From IMG/VR virus record IMGVR_UViG_3300036790_000317, positions 33,921 to 97,920 of that record: a stretch of 64,000 nt of DNA; one strand, given 5' to 3'. Within the stretch, counting starts at the first letter, position 1; every line of letters starts with the position of its first letter. Shown one piece after another: positions 1-9,674 of the stretch. The position numbers and the translations under genes are program-made. A model generated the notes under the pieces. That model saw only the letters and a program-made list of their open reading frames with translations, searched no databases and was not told the DNA's origin. This stretch comes from a virus.

Positions 1-417
1 GAAGAAAAACGCCAGAAGCAGCGAGAGCAAGCAAAAGGTCGCTGGAAGCGGATGTCTGATGAAGAGCGGACTGCTTTTATGCAGCGTGCTCGTGATAGCC
101 AGCGCCGCGGGATGATTACCCGCATCGAGGCACTGACGCTCAAAGCTCTTACGGAACGACGCATCTCATCGATGGTTCATTTTCCGGTAAGCCTTTATGA
201 GGCAGACATCTACATCGAGTCTCTGAATCTCGTTCTCGAATGCGATGGCAAATTCTGGCATGGTGTACCAGGGCGCAGTGAATACGATAGTCAGCGAGAT
301 GCTGCAATGGAAGATCTCGGCTATACCGTCATCCGCCTCACCGAAGAAGAAATCATCGCCGGCAACTGGTCACGGCTTGATGCCGCCATCACTGCCTGCC
401 GGGAAAACAACGTCTAG
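1..417 (+). CDS. DUF559/Vsr-like PD-(D/E)XK endonuclease, probably homing-endonuclease-like (5'-partial)
   Basis: Frame open from window edge; motifs ADIY..LVLECDG.FWHG and QRD..MEDLGYTVIRL. Confidence 0.75.
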   Translation, partial: EEKRQKQREQAKGRWKRMSDEERTAFMQRARDSQRRGMITRIEALTLKALTERRISSMVHFPVSLYEADIYIESLNLVLECDGKFWHGVPGRSEYDSQRDAAMEDLGYTVIRLTEEEIIAGNWSRLDAAITACRENNV

Positions 418-429
418 CCTTGGAGGCAG

Positions 430-729
430 ATGGCACCACAGTACGTGAACGTGAGCACGACGGCCACGTACGTGTTCACGCCCGGACCCGGGGCGTCGGT
501 CCAGATCTTCAACTCCGGGTCTCAGCTCTGCTACATCGGCGGCGGGCCGTACGGTGGCACTGCTACCGCAGTTGTCGGCACCGGCTTCCCGCTGACGCCG
601 AACTCGCTGATCAACTGGTACAACGGCTACAACTACGGTGTGGGCACAACCGGCACGACCGCGATGACGATCTTCGCCATCTGCCCCACCGGGATGACGA
701 CGCTCAATATCACTTCAGACAGCTCATGA
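430..729 (+). CDS. Small putative virion protein
   Basis: GGAGG RBS; G/T-rich beta-type sequence in late operon. Confidence 0.6.
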   Translation: MAPQYVNVSTTATYVFTPGPGASVQIFNSGSQLCYIGGGPYGGTATAVVGTGFPLTPNSLINWYNGYNYGVGTTGTTAMTIFAICPTGMTTLNITSDSS

Positions 730-788
730 GCCGTGGCTGCTCACGCCTGGCTAGCAGACTCTCAGTAACGACCACATGATGGAGGCTC

Positions 789-1469
789 ATGCCGCTCTAC
801 ACCCCGCCGCTTAACGAGACGACCAGCCCGTACCAGTTCGACGGCACCATCAACGTAGGCGGCGCGAACGCCAGCACCGCCATGTCACCGATGACGCCGG
901 CGACTCTCGGCCTCAAGGCCTGGAACTTCCCGACATGGCTGGCGACAGGAACCGCATCAGCTCTCACGCTGTTCGGGTCTGTTTACCTGTCCGCGGTTCA
1001 TCTCAACTACGGGCTGTCGTACAACAATATCTATGTCCGCATCCAGGCTAACATCGGCACGGCACAGGCCGGATCGTGCTGGGCTGGCCTCTATAACTCG
1101 GCTGGCACGCTCGTTGCCACGACCAATGACATCAGCGGGGTTCTCGGTACGGCAGGTGGTACTACCGGTTATCTTGCATTCCCGCTGTCAACGACTTACA
1201 CTCCGGCTGCGGGTGGCCTGTATTACACTGGGCTGCAGTTCAACTACGGAACTGCAACCTCATCTGCAGCGGCGTTCTACACGATGGCGAATCAGATTAC
1301 CGTAACAACGAGCGCGGGTATCATCGGAGGCCCGCTGCTCGTGGCTGGCACGAACGCCTTCCCGTTCTCGGCCATCGCCACGGTCGGACCCGGATCACTG
1401 CCACCGAGCTTCGCTCTCGGCTCAGCAGGCACTACTGGCGCATATGTCTACTGGGCGGGACTGGCGTAA
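789..1469 (+). CDS. Putative virion accessory protein
   Basis: GGAGG RBS; A/G/T-rich 226 aa; position in structural operon. Confidence 0.6.
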   Translation: MPLYTPPLNETTSPYQFDGTINVGGANASTAMSPMTPATLGLKAWNFPTWLATGTASALTLFGSVYLSAVHLNYGLSYNNIYVRIQANIGTAQAGSCWAGLYNSAGTLVATTNDISGVLGTAGGTTGYLAFPLSTTYTPAAGGLYYTGLQFNYGTATSSAAAFYTMANQITVTTSAGIIGGPLLVAGTNAFPFSAIATVGPGSLPPSFALGSAGTTGAYVYWAGLA

Positions 1470-1483
1470 GTTACGCTTAACGG

Positions 1484-2614
1484 GTGCTAGATACTGAAAT
1501 AACTGCCTGTGGCAGTTGCGGGGCCGGCGGCCTCGTCACCATCATCGACCTCGGCCTGCAGCCACTTGCCGAGCGCGAAAGTACCCCGTACCCGCTGAAA
1601 CTCCTGCAGTGCGGGACGTGCTCACTCGTCCAGCTCAGCTACCAGGCCGACCCGCATGAGGTATTCCCGGAAGACCACCCGTATGCTACCGGCAATACGA
1701 CGTTCCTCCGAAACCATTTCTCGTCACTGGCCAGGCAGCTATCGCGGCATCTTCGTGATGGTGACGTGGTCGTGGACATCGGCGCGAACGACGGCACTCT
1801 TCTCGCGGCGTACCCGGGTCAGCTTGCCCTGACCCGGGTAGCCGTCGAGCCGACCGGGCAGGCGGCTAAGTGCCGTGAGAAGGGGCTCGTCACCTTCAAG
1901 GAGTTTTTCAGCCTCGGTGTGGCCAAGGACATCCTGAATGCCACCGGCAGGGCCAAGGTCATCACGGCCTGCAACGTCCTGGCGCATGTCCCGGACGTGC
2001 ACGGATTCCTGGAGGGCGTGCGGCTGCTTCTGGCTGATGACGGGATCTTCATCACCGAGAATCATGATATCGACAGCATCCTGCACGGGCTGCAGGTCGA
2101 CACCATCTACCATGAGCACCTGCGGTACTACTCCGTAGCATCACTATCATACCTGCTCGGGATGCATAACCTGGACGTGAGCAAGAGCGAGCTGATTCCC
2201 TCTCACGGCGGCTCTTTCCGGGTCTGGGCTCGTCATCGCGAGAATATTCTCGTTTTCCGGGAACGAGCCCGTGAGACGGCAGCCAAACTGCATGATCTTG
2301 TTGCCGCGGCGGCAGCGGAAGGCCCCGTCTACGGGATCGGCGCCACGACCCGGGCCGTCCCGCTCATGCACTTCGGAGACCTGGCGGGCCTGGTTACGTG
2401 CGTATGCGAGGTCAGCACGAGCGAGAAGATCGGCATGCTGATGCCGGGGACGACGATTCCGGTCATGCCGGATGAGTACCTCATCGAGCAGCAGCCTCCG
2501 CATGCGCTGATGTTTTCATGGCACATCGCCGGCAGCATCATCCCGAAGCTGCGGTCGGCAGGCTACAGGGGAAAATTCATCATCCCCCTTCCGGAGCCGG
2601 TGATCCGGGCATGA
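1484..2614 (+). CDS. NDP-hexose C-methyltransferase family protein
   Basis: N-terminal Zn motif (CGSC...CGTC), SAM motif VDIGANDG, ACNVLAH, DTIYHEHLRYY, HGGS, C-terminal GKFIIPLP. Confidence 0.88.
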   Translation: MLDTEITACGSCGAGGLVTIIDLGLQPLAERESTPYPLKLLQCGTCSLVQLSYQADPHEVFPEDHPYATGNTTFLRNHFSSLARQLSRHLRDGDVVVDIGANDGTLLAAYPGQLALTRVAVEPTGQAAKCREKGLVTFKEFFSLGVAKDILNATGRAKVITACNVLAHVPDVHGFLEGVRLLLADDGIFITENHDIDSILHGLQVDTIYHEHLRYYSVASLSYLLGMHNLDVSKSELIPSHGGSFRVWARHRENILVFRERARETAAKLHDLVAAAAAEGPVYGIGATTRAVPLMHFGDLAGLVTCVCEVSTSEKIGMLMPGTTIPVMPDEYLIEQQPPHALMFSWHIAGSIIPKLRSAGYRGKFIIPLPEPVIRA

Positions 2615-3507
2615 AGGTACTCGTTACCGGGTCATCCGGGTTTATCGGCCGGTATATCCTCGCGGAGCTTGCCCGCCGCGGGCACGAGGCCGTGACATTC
2701 GACCTTGCTGATGGCCAGGACGCCCGAGACCGGGAAGCCGTCTTCACGGCACTCACTGGCTGTGATCACTTCATCGCCGCGGCAGCACTATGCGGTGGCG
2801 TCCGGTACATGAATGCCGTCCCGCATGACATCCTCGCCCAGAACCTGCTGATCTCGGCAGCGTCCAGTGATGCCGCGATCGAAGCGCACCAGCGCGGGGT
2901 GCTGCAAAAGATCACGGTCGTCTCATCATCGATGGCGTACGAGATGGCGGGACATGCGCCGCTCATGGAGTATGACGTGCGGGATATCCCGGCCCCGCAG
3001 ACGGCCTACGGGTTTTCGAAACTTGCCGGCGAGTATCTCGCACGAGCAGCCTCGGAGCAGCATGGCTTGCCGTACACCATCGTCCGGCTGTTCAACTGCA
3101 CCGGCCCCGGTGACCGTGATCATGTCATCACCGACCTAGTGCGCAAGGTAACCCGCGGAGATAACCCGCTGCACATTCTCGGCACCGGAAGTCAGGTCAG
3201 GTGCTTTACCTGGGCCGAGGACATTGCCGAAGGCGTCGTCACGGCCATGGAACACCCGGCGGCGCTGAATAATAGTTTTAACATCGCCTCTCAGGAAGCT
3301 ACGACCATCTTCATCTTGGCAAGGAAGATCTGGCAGAAGATCCGTGATGACGAGCCTCGCATCCAGTGTGATGCTTCTTTCCCGCTGGATGTGCAACGCC
3401 GTATCCCGTCGGTAGAAAAAGCCAGGAGCCTGCTTAACTTCGAGGCGAAGACGCCACTTGACGTGATGCTTGACAAGGTTATCCAGGAGGCACATGCCAG
3501 CACCTAA
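2611..3507 (+). CDS. NAD-dependent sugar epimerase/dehydratase (extended SDR)
   Basis: MKVLVTGSSGFIG (GxxGxxG), YGFSK (YxxxK); ATGA overlap with upstream stop. Confidence 0.9.
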   Translation: MKVLVTGSSGFIGRYILAELARRGHEAVTFDLADGQDARDREAVFTALTGCDHFIAAAALCGGVRYMNAVPHDILAQNLLISAASSDAAIEAHQRGVLQKITVVSSSMAYEMAGHAPLMEYDVRDIPAPQTAYGFSKLAGEYLARAASEQHGLPYTIVRLFNCTGPGDRDHVITDLVRKVTRGDNPLHILGTGSQVRCFTWAEDIAEGVVTAMEHPAALNNSFNIASQEATTIFILARKIWQKIRDDEPRIQCDASFPLDVQRRIPSVEKARSLLNFEAKTPLDVMLDKVIQEAHAST

Positions 3508-3802
3508 CCGGCCAGGTTTCACGAGAACATCGGCCTGCGGGATCAAGACCATCTCGCCGATGGCAGCAAAGCTGCTGATCGCCGCGCTGACGACGGGCCC
3601 GGGATCTCCGCTGGCGCCTTATACCGGCGTAGCGCCGGACTCGAAGGAAGATAACTGCTGTGACGTGACGCTGTACTGGTACACGGCGCAAGTTTCTCTC
3701 AGGCAGATGGCGAGAGCCGTCCAGGCCCTCAAGCCATCTGGTGTCGGCCCCGTTACCATCAGCATGAACACGCTTGGCACGGTTACTTCTGCAGCAGTTT
3801 AA
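3494..3802 (+). CDS. Hypothetical protein
   Basis: GGAGG RBS before ATG 3494; fills operon gap. Confidence 0.55.
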   Translation: MPAPNRPGFTRTSACGIKTISPMAAKLLIAALTTGPGSPLAPYTGVAPDSKEDNCCDVTLYWYTAQVSLRQMARAVQALKPSGVGPVTISMNTLGTVTSAAV

Positions 3803-3822
3803 ATTGGACATAAGGAGCATAT

Positions 3823-5715
3823 GTGCGCATACTATGGCACAGCAACGCCCCATGGATAGGAACTGGCTACGGGCAGCAGACCGCAACCTGGCTTCCGCGC
3901 ATCGCGGCACTCGGCCATGAGATAACCGTCTCGGGGCCGTTCAGCTTCGCCGGCAGCCCGATGGGGTGGAACGGCTTTACCGTCCTGCCGGGGTCACAGG
4001 ACCCGTTCGGCAACGACATCATCGCCGGGCACTACAACTACATGAAAGCAGACCTGCTGATCACCCTCGCAGACGTTTTCATGATGGACCCGAACGTCCT
4101 GCAGGGGCTGAACGTCGCGCACTGGCTGCCGGTAGACTGCAACCCGATGGGGGAGATGGACGCGGAGCGCGTCCGCGCGCTCAGCCCGCAGATCATCGCC
4201 ATGAGCCGGTTCGGGCAGCGCATGATGCAGGATGCCGGCTTTAACCCGATGTATGTTCCGCACGGCATCGACGTCCAGGAATTCAAGCCTCCCCTGAATA
4301 AGGCAAAACTCCGCGCAGAGCTGGGCTTTGACCCTGAGATGTTCCTTGTCGGGCTGAATGCCGCGAACAAGGAAGGCCCTCGCAAGGGCATCGCGGAGCA
4401 AATGCAGGCGTTCGCAGAATTCCACGAGGAGCATCCGGGCAGCAAGCTCCTCATCCACAGCAACGGGCAGCCCAAAGGTGGCCTGGATATCAGGTGCATT
4501 GCCGAGCATCTCGGCATCCTGAACGACATCATGCTGCCGGATCAGTACGCCCTGGCATGCGGGCTCATGGGACGGCAGATGATGGCGAACTGGTACGGGA
4601 CCCTCGACGTGCTGATGAACTGCGCGTACGGCGAGGGCTTCGGCCTCCCGGTCATCGAGGCGCAGGCATGCGGGGTGCCGGTCATCACCACCGACTGGTC
4701 GTCAATGACCGAGCTGTGTGGCAGTGGCTGGAAGGTCACCGGCGAGAAATACTGGGTGCCGGGGCACAACTCCTGGTGGATGCGGCCTTCGATTCAGCAG
4801 ATGGCACACTGTCTCACCATGGCCTGGGAGCATACCCAGAACGGCAAGATCCTTCCCATGCAGAGGGCAGCCCGTGAGTTCTCCATGCAGTATGACGCGG
4901 ATGCGGTGCTAACGAAGTTCTGGAAGCCGGTGCTGGATGAGCTGGAGGACAGGCGGCCGAAGGTTACCATCCTGGATCTTGCCGCGCGCAAGCAGGTGCT
5001 TGCAGTTACCGGTGATGCCCGGCGAGACATGCTGCTCATCGTGCCGTCACGCGGGCGGCCGGAAAGCGTCAGGCGGTTTACCGAGGCGGTCAAGGCGACG
5101 TCTGAAGCACAAACGGACATCATCTTCGGTTTCGATGATGATGATCCTTCTCTGCAGGACTGCATCAGGGAGGCCGAGAGCACGCCGTACCGCACCGGGC
5201 CCCGGATGAACCAGATCGAGTGGACGAACGTGCTTGCGCTGGAGCATGCTGATGATTACCGGGTGCTCGTCTGCCTCGGTGATGATCATGTACCCCGGAC
5301 GCCGGGTTTTGACACCCAGCTCCTGCTGGCACTAGACGCCGGGAACATCATCGCGTATCCGAATGACCTGGTACGAGATGACATCCCGGAGGTTATGGCT
5401 GTCCGGTCAGAAGCCGTGAAGGCACTGGGCTGGCTGGTCATGCCGGAACTGAAGCATTACTTCTGTGACAACGTGTGGGCTGATCTCGGCAAGCACGGGA
5501 AGGTTATCGCCTACCTGCCAGATGTCATCGTCGAGCACATGCACCATCTCCGGGTCAAGGAAGTGGAGCGGGACGCAACATACCGCGATTCTGAGCATTC
5601 CTTCATGCACGATAAGAATGAGTACGAGAAATGGCGGGCGCAGCGTCTCCCTGACGACTTGAAGAAAATCAAAACTGCCGTGAAGACGCCGGCGCTGGCT
5701 GCTCTCGGAGACTAA
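3823..5715 (+). CDS. Two-domain glycosyltransferase (GT4-like N-terminal + GT2-like C-terminal)
   Basis: TGYG, VPHGID, EGFGLPVIEAQACG (GT-B); IVPSRGR, GDD, VIVEHMH (GT-A). Confidence 0.88.
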   Translation: MRILWHSNAPWIGTGYGQQTATWLPRIAALGHEITVSGPFSFAGSPMGWNGFTVLPGSQDPFGNDIIAGHYNYMKADLLITLADVFMMDPNVLQGLNVAHWLPVDCNPMGEMDAERVRALSPQIIAMSRFGQRMMQDAGFNPMYVPHGIDVQEFKPPLNKAKLRAELGFDPEMFLVGLNAANKEGPRKGIAEQMQAFAEFHEEHPGSKLLIHSNGQPKGGLDIRCIAEHLGILNDIMLPDQYALACGLMGRQMMANWYGTLDVLMNCAYGEGFGLPVIEAQACGVPVITTDWSSMTELCGSGWKVTGEKYWVPGHNSWWMRPSIQQMAHCLTMAWEHTQNGKILPMQRAAREFSMQYDADAVLTKFWKPVLDELEDRRPKVTILDLAARKQVLAVTGDARRDMLLIVPSRGRPESVRRFTEAVKATSEAQTDIIFGFDDDDPSLQDCIREAESTPYRTGPRMNQIEWTNVLALEHADDYRVLVCLGDDHVPRTPGFDTQLLLALDAGNIIAYPNDLVRDDIPEVMAVRSEAVKALGWLVMPELKHYFCDNVWADLGKHGKVIAYLPDVIVEHMHHLRVKEVERDATYRDSEHSFMHDKNEYEKWRAQRLPDDLKKIKTAVKTPALAALGD

Positions 5716-5782
5716 TGATCACTCTAGCAGCGCAAGCGTCAATCATTCTGGCAATTGACCGTGAACTTTACGGTTTCTGTTT

Positions 5783-7459
5783 ATGATGACTTATCCGGAC
5801 GCGATGACTACCGGTCCTGCGGCGGGTGGCTACACGAGTCTTACTCCCGAAACCGGACAGGTTATTAATTCGGGATCCGTTCCTCCCTGGTGTATCCTGC
5901 AAGATGACGAGTCGTACCTGATCGAGGGCCTGGCCATCGCCGGCGGCCTGGACATCGACCTCACGGGCGGCGTGAAAATCGCCGGCTGCCAGATCACCGT
6001 CCCGGGCGGCGGCGATAGCAACGGCATCGTATGGCGCCAGCCGGGGTGGACCGTGCAGTACTGCGAAATCTCCGCCCCCGACGACGACCCCGCGGACCGG
6101 ATCTCGATCGCCGTCCAGGACCTCGCCGGGGGCGGCACGCTCGACCACTGCGACATCCGCTGGTGCCGCCAGTGCCTCGGCACCGGCAGCAGCGACGTGA
6201 CCGTTACGGACAACTACCTTCACGACCTGGTGTTCTTCACCGGGGACCACTCCGAGAACATCTACCTCGGCGGCGCCGGCATGTCTGGAGTCATGATCAG
6301 CGGGAACACGATCCTGAACCCGCTCGACCAGACGGCGTGCGTGTTCATGGACAACGCATCGGCGGGCCCGGCCTACGACGGCGTGACGATCTCCGGTAAC
6401 TACATCGCCGGCGGCGGTTACGCCATCTACGGCGGTACCGAGAACGGCGGCGTCGTCACCGGCCTGGTCATCGAGGACAACGTCTTCGGCACCGGCTATT
6501 TTCCGGGCGTGGGATCCGAGGGCCTGCTTGCTGACGTGCCTGCGTGGGGCACGAGCGGGAATGAATGGTCTGCTAATACGGTGGGAGGGCTCGTGAGTTT
6601 CACCGTTACGGCAACCCAGGGTGGCAGTACTGCCACGAAGATGGCAGGCGTTCTGGAAGTCCTCACCGAGGCATCTGCGTCACAGCCTGGAACAACTGCC
6701 GCCGCGAATGCTATCAGCGCGTCACTCACCCCGGCATATAACGGTTCGTGGATCTATATCGCAGCCGTGGCTACCGGATCGCCTTCTATTCTTACCGGGC
6801 AGACTACTCTGCAATCGGTTGCATCTACTGACCGCTATTACCAGCTTCGCACCACGGCCACCCAGTCGGCGGGGACGCCGTTTACCGCGGGCTTGTCCGG
6901 TGGCACCGCACTCGGCATCGCGGCAACGGAGATCATTCCTGCGGGTATCCTGGCGCAGGATTCTTCATCTCCGGCTGTATCCGGAGTGGTTTCGGCTACG
7001 TCATGGACCACTGCCGCGTTTACGCCACCTGCCGGGTCATTGCTGGTTTTGATGCTTTCCTGCGAGGCTAGCGCCGGCGTCATGACCATGGCCGTGTCCG
7101 ATACGTCTGGCTTGGGCCTGACCTGGGTGCAGCAAGCAGGCAATAACGGTTCTGCGCAGGGTTACACCGGCGTATGGACCGCGCAGGTTCCGGCTGCTCC
7201 GGTAGCAAGTAGCAGCTCATCTCTGATTACGGCAGTCGGTCCTGCCAATACTGTCGTTCAGGTTTTCCCGGGTGCCCAGGTGCCGGCCATCTGCCCCGTG
7301 GCCAGCACCGGCGCGCCACTGTTCCTCGGCACCGCGGTGACAGCCGCCCCGACGTTGAATACCAGCGGAGATAACGAGAACGCGGTCATGCAGGTGCAGC
7401 CCGGGATGCTGGTGAGAGCCGTGGTGCTTGTGGATACATCCGGTAACTTCGTGTCATAG
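5783..7459 (+). CDS. Putative virion protein with N-terminal parallel beta-helix-like domain
   Basis: Repeating V.I..N.I motifs (VTVTDNYLHD, ISGNTI, ISGNYI, IEDNVF); A/S/T-rich C-terminal half. Confidence 0.65.
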   Translation: MMTYPDAMTTGPAAGGYTSLTPETGQVINSGSVPPWCILQDDESYLIEGLAIAGGLDIDLTGGVKIAGCQITVPGGGDSNGIVWRQPGWTVQYCEISAPDDDPADRISIAVQDLAGGGTLDHCDIRWCRQCLGTGSSDVTVTDNYLHDLVFFTGDHSENIYLGGAGMSGVMISGNTILNPLDQTACVFMDNASAGPAYDGVTISGNYIAGGGYAIYGGTENGGVVTGLVIEDNVFGTGYFPGVGSEGLLADVPAWGTSGNEWSANTVGGLVSFTVTATQGGSTATKMAGVLEVLTEASASQPGTTAAANAISASLTPAYNGSWIYIAAVATGSPSILTGQTTLQSVASTDRYYQLRTTATQSAGTPFTAGLSGGTALGIAATEIIPAGILAQDSSSPAVSGVVSATSWTTAAFTPPAGSLLVLMLSCEASAGVMTMAVSDTSGLGLTWVQQAGNNGSAQGYTGVWTAQVPAAPVASSSSSLITAVGPANTVVQVFPGAQVPAICPVASTGAPLFLGTAVTAAPTLNTSGDNENAVMQVQPGMLVRAVVLVDTSGNFVS

Positions 7460-7466
7460 GAGGCAT

Positions 7467-7976
7467 GTGGGTAACCTTGTCACGGGGGCCGGGGCACCGA
7501 ATGCCATCATGGCCGTGCAGCCCGGCATGCAGGTGGAAGTTGTCACACTCGTTGACCAGTACGGGAACCCGTTGTCAGGACTGTCACCCGCCGGGTCAGC
7601 AGGCGGGGTGCTGGCTGGCACATACCCGAACCCGGGATTCGCCGCTGCCCCGTCTTTTACCGGCACTGCCACGGCCGGGGCTTACTACGCGAGTACCGGT
7701 GCCGTGGATGTTGCGACGGCTGGCTTCGGCCTGAAGGTTGCTACGGGCGCGAACGCGAAGCTCGGCACCGGCTCGATGAACGGCGGGTCAGCCGTCGTCG
7801 CCAACACCAGTGTCACCGCTAACTCTTACGTCTTCATCACGGACACGTCGGCTGCGACGACGAACGTCGGCGCGCTGACGGTCACGGCCCTGAGCGCCGG
7901 GACGAGCTTCACGGTCAAGTCTACCAGTGCCCTGGATGCTTCGACCTTCAACTACTTCATCGTCGAGTCTGGCTGA
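7467..7976 (+). CDS. Putative fibre/accessory virion protein
   Basis: AGGAGG RBS + GTG; AGGVLAGTYPNP motif typical of phage fibre proteins. Confidence 0.6.
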   Translation: MGNLVTGAGAPNAIMAVQPGMQVEVVTLVDQYGNPLSGLSPAGSAGGVLAGTYPNPGFAAAPSFTGTATAGAYYASTGAVDVATAGFGLKVATGANAKLGTGSMNGGSAVVANTSVTANSYVFITDTSAATTNVGALTVTALSAGTSFTVKSTSALDASTFNYFIVESG

Positions 7977-7978
7977 TC

Positions 7979-8302
7979 ATGGCCGGCACCATTTACCTGC
8001 CGGCATGGTACACCTCGGGGGCGCAGGCATCGGTGACGTGCCTGATCCCGTCGGACGCGGCGCGGATGGCGAGCATCCTGCAGAACAGCCCAGCTCTCGG
8101 CACCGCGATCCCGACCCAGGTTACGGGCAACAGTGACCGGTGTGACCTGTACTGGACCTCGACGCCGTGGCCGTCGGGAACGGGCACCCCGCAGCCTCTC
8201 ACCCCGCCGTCCCGGGCACAGGTTACCCGGGCCGTGATGGCGACCGGGATCATGTACCGGCGCATCGACTTTTACCCGAACGTGGAAGGAGGGCCGTGGT
8301 AA
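7979..8302 (+). CDS. Hypothetical protein
   Basis: Tightly packed in operon. Confidence 0.55.
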   Translation: MAGTIYLPAWYTSGAQASVTCLIPSDAARMASILQNSPALGTAIPTQVTGNSDRCDLYWTSTPWPSGTGTPQPLTPPSRAQVTRAVMATGIMYRRIDFYPNVEGGPW

Positions 8303-8577
8303 TGCCAAAGGTTGCACTCCCGCCCGGCTGTTTCGGGCTCACCGGCCCGGACGGCTCGAAGACGAAGCCGGTCAAGCCTGGCAGCAGCGTCATGGTCACG
8401 GACGAGCAGGCCAAGGTCATCAACAGCAGCAGCAACGGCCAGCTCGGCATTATCTCAGGTACCCAGGCCACGGTCATCGGCACGAAGAGAGGCCGGCGCT
8501 GCACGTGGTGCGGCCGGCTGTGGCAGGCATGGTCCGTAACCTGCCCCAGATGCGGCAGGGATACCAAGGAGGAATAG
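8302..8577 (+). CDS. Small protein with C-terminal zinc ribbon
   Basis: TAATG overlap; CTWC...CPRC. Confidence 0.6.
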   Translation: MPKVALPPGCFGLTGPDGSKTKPVKPGSSVMVTDEQAKVINSSSNGQLGIISGTQATVIGTKRGRRCTWCGRLWQAWSVTCPRCGRDTKEE

Positions 8578-8579
8578 CA

Positions 8580-9344
8580 GTGCCTCTTTATGCAAGAAGC
8601 GATGTGGTCCACATCGCCATTCCTGCTGAGAGCGGAGGGTGTGGCGCCAGTCACGCGCGACCTGTTCTCAACGGGGCTCCGGCGAAGATCTGGCGGCTGT
8701 CCTGTCCCGCGTGCGAGACGTACCTGCGGGACGACATCGAGCGGTCTACGTATGAGATGACGGACCGTGACGGCAAGAAGCACACGATCAACAACAGCAC
8801 GTGGGGCACCCACGAGCTCAAGATCCCGAAAACACCGGACGAGGCGCGGATCGCGGATGACCTGGAAAAGGAAGGAAAGCAGTCCATGGCTGCTGCGTTC
8901 CAGGGCGTGGCCGGGTCCCTGATCGCCGACCGCCGCCTGCAGGATATGGCCGCCATTGATGCGGCCATGAAGGCAGAGGAAGCGGCCCGTGCCGATCAGC
9001 GCGTTGCCCAGCTTGAAACGGAACTAGCCGAAATGCGCGCGCTCGTTCAAGGCATCGCCGGCAGCGTCCACAAGCCCGTGGACGATGCTTTGGCAGCAAG
9101 TACGTCAAGTACTGCGCCGAAGCAGCCCGCGGTTTCTCGAGGCATCTCAAAGCCTGTGATGACCGTGACACCCAGGGAGAAAAACGGCAAGATCGTGCCG
9201 CCGATCCCGTCAGGTTCCCTGGCAGACCCGAAATCTGCCTGCTCATCGTGCGGAGGCTCCCTCAGGGCTCCCGGGTCGAAGGGGCCGACGCCGAAGGGCA
9301 CCTGCCTGGCATGCCGGGCTAAGGCGCGGAGCAGAGTGGCCTGA
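8580..9344 (+). CDS. Hypothetical protein (Cys motifs, central coiled coil)
   Basis: GGAGG RBS + GTG; CPAC, CSSC...CLAC. Confidence 0.6.
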   Translation: MPLYARSDVVHIAIPAESGGCGASHARPVLNGAPAKIWRLSCPACETYLRDDIERSTYEMTDRDGKKHTINNSTWGTHELKIPKTPDEARIADDLEKEGKQSMAAAFQGVAGSLIADRRLQDMAAIDAAMKAEEAARADQRVAQLETELAEMRALVQGIAGSVHKPVDDALAASTSSTAPKQPAVSRGISKPVMTVTPREKNGKIVPPIPSGSLADPKSACSSCGGSLRAPGSKGPTPKGTCLACRAKARSRVA

Positions 9345-9559
9345 TGTCATGGCGGACCCGTGGCGTTCCCTTCCCCGCCGGCACTCCGTGTGAGCGCTGC
9401 GGGGCAGGACGCCGCGGAGGCCGCCGCAAGGCAGCCGCGATCGCAGACTGTCGAGAATGCCATGCTGCCGTCTGCGAGCGGCATGCCCGCTGGGATGATA
9501 ACGACTGGGTGTGCACGCCGTGCGCCCGTAAAATGGGAATGAACGTCAAGCTGCAATAG
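9344..9559 (+). CDS. Small Cys-rich zinc-finger protein
   Basis: TGATG overlap; CERC, CREC, CERH, CTPC. Confidence 0.55.
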   Translation: MSWRTRGVPFPAGTPCERCGAGRRGGRRKAAAIADCRECHAAVCERHARWDDNDWVCTPCARKMGMNVKLQ

Positions 9560-9674
9560 CAATCGTACTATGACGGCAAGACCATCCTGGCTGGCAACGA
9601 AGACCTGGCAGCATGATGATCATGGCTAGCTATGATCATGTGGTAGATAGCTAATATCTTAATACAGGAGGCCA

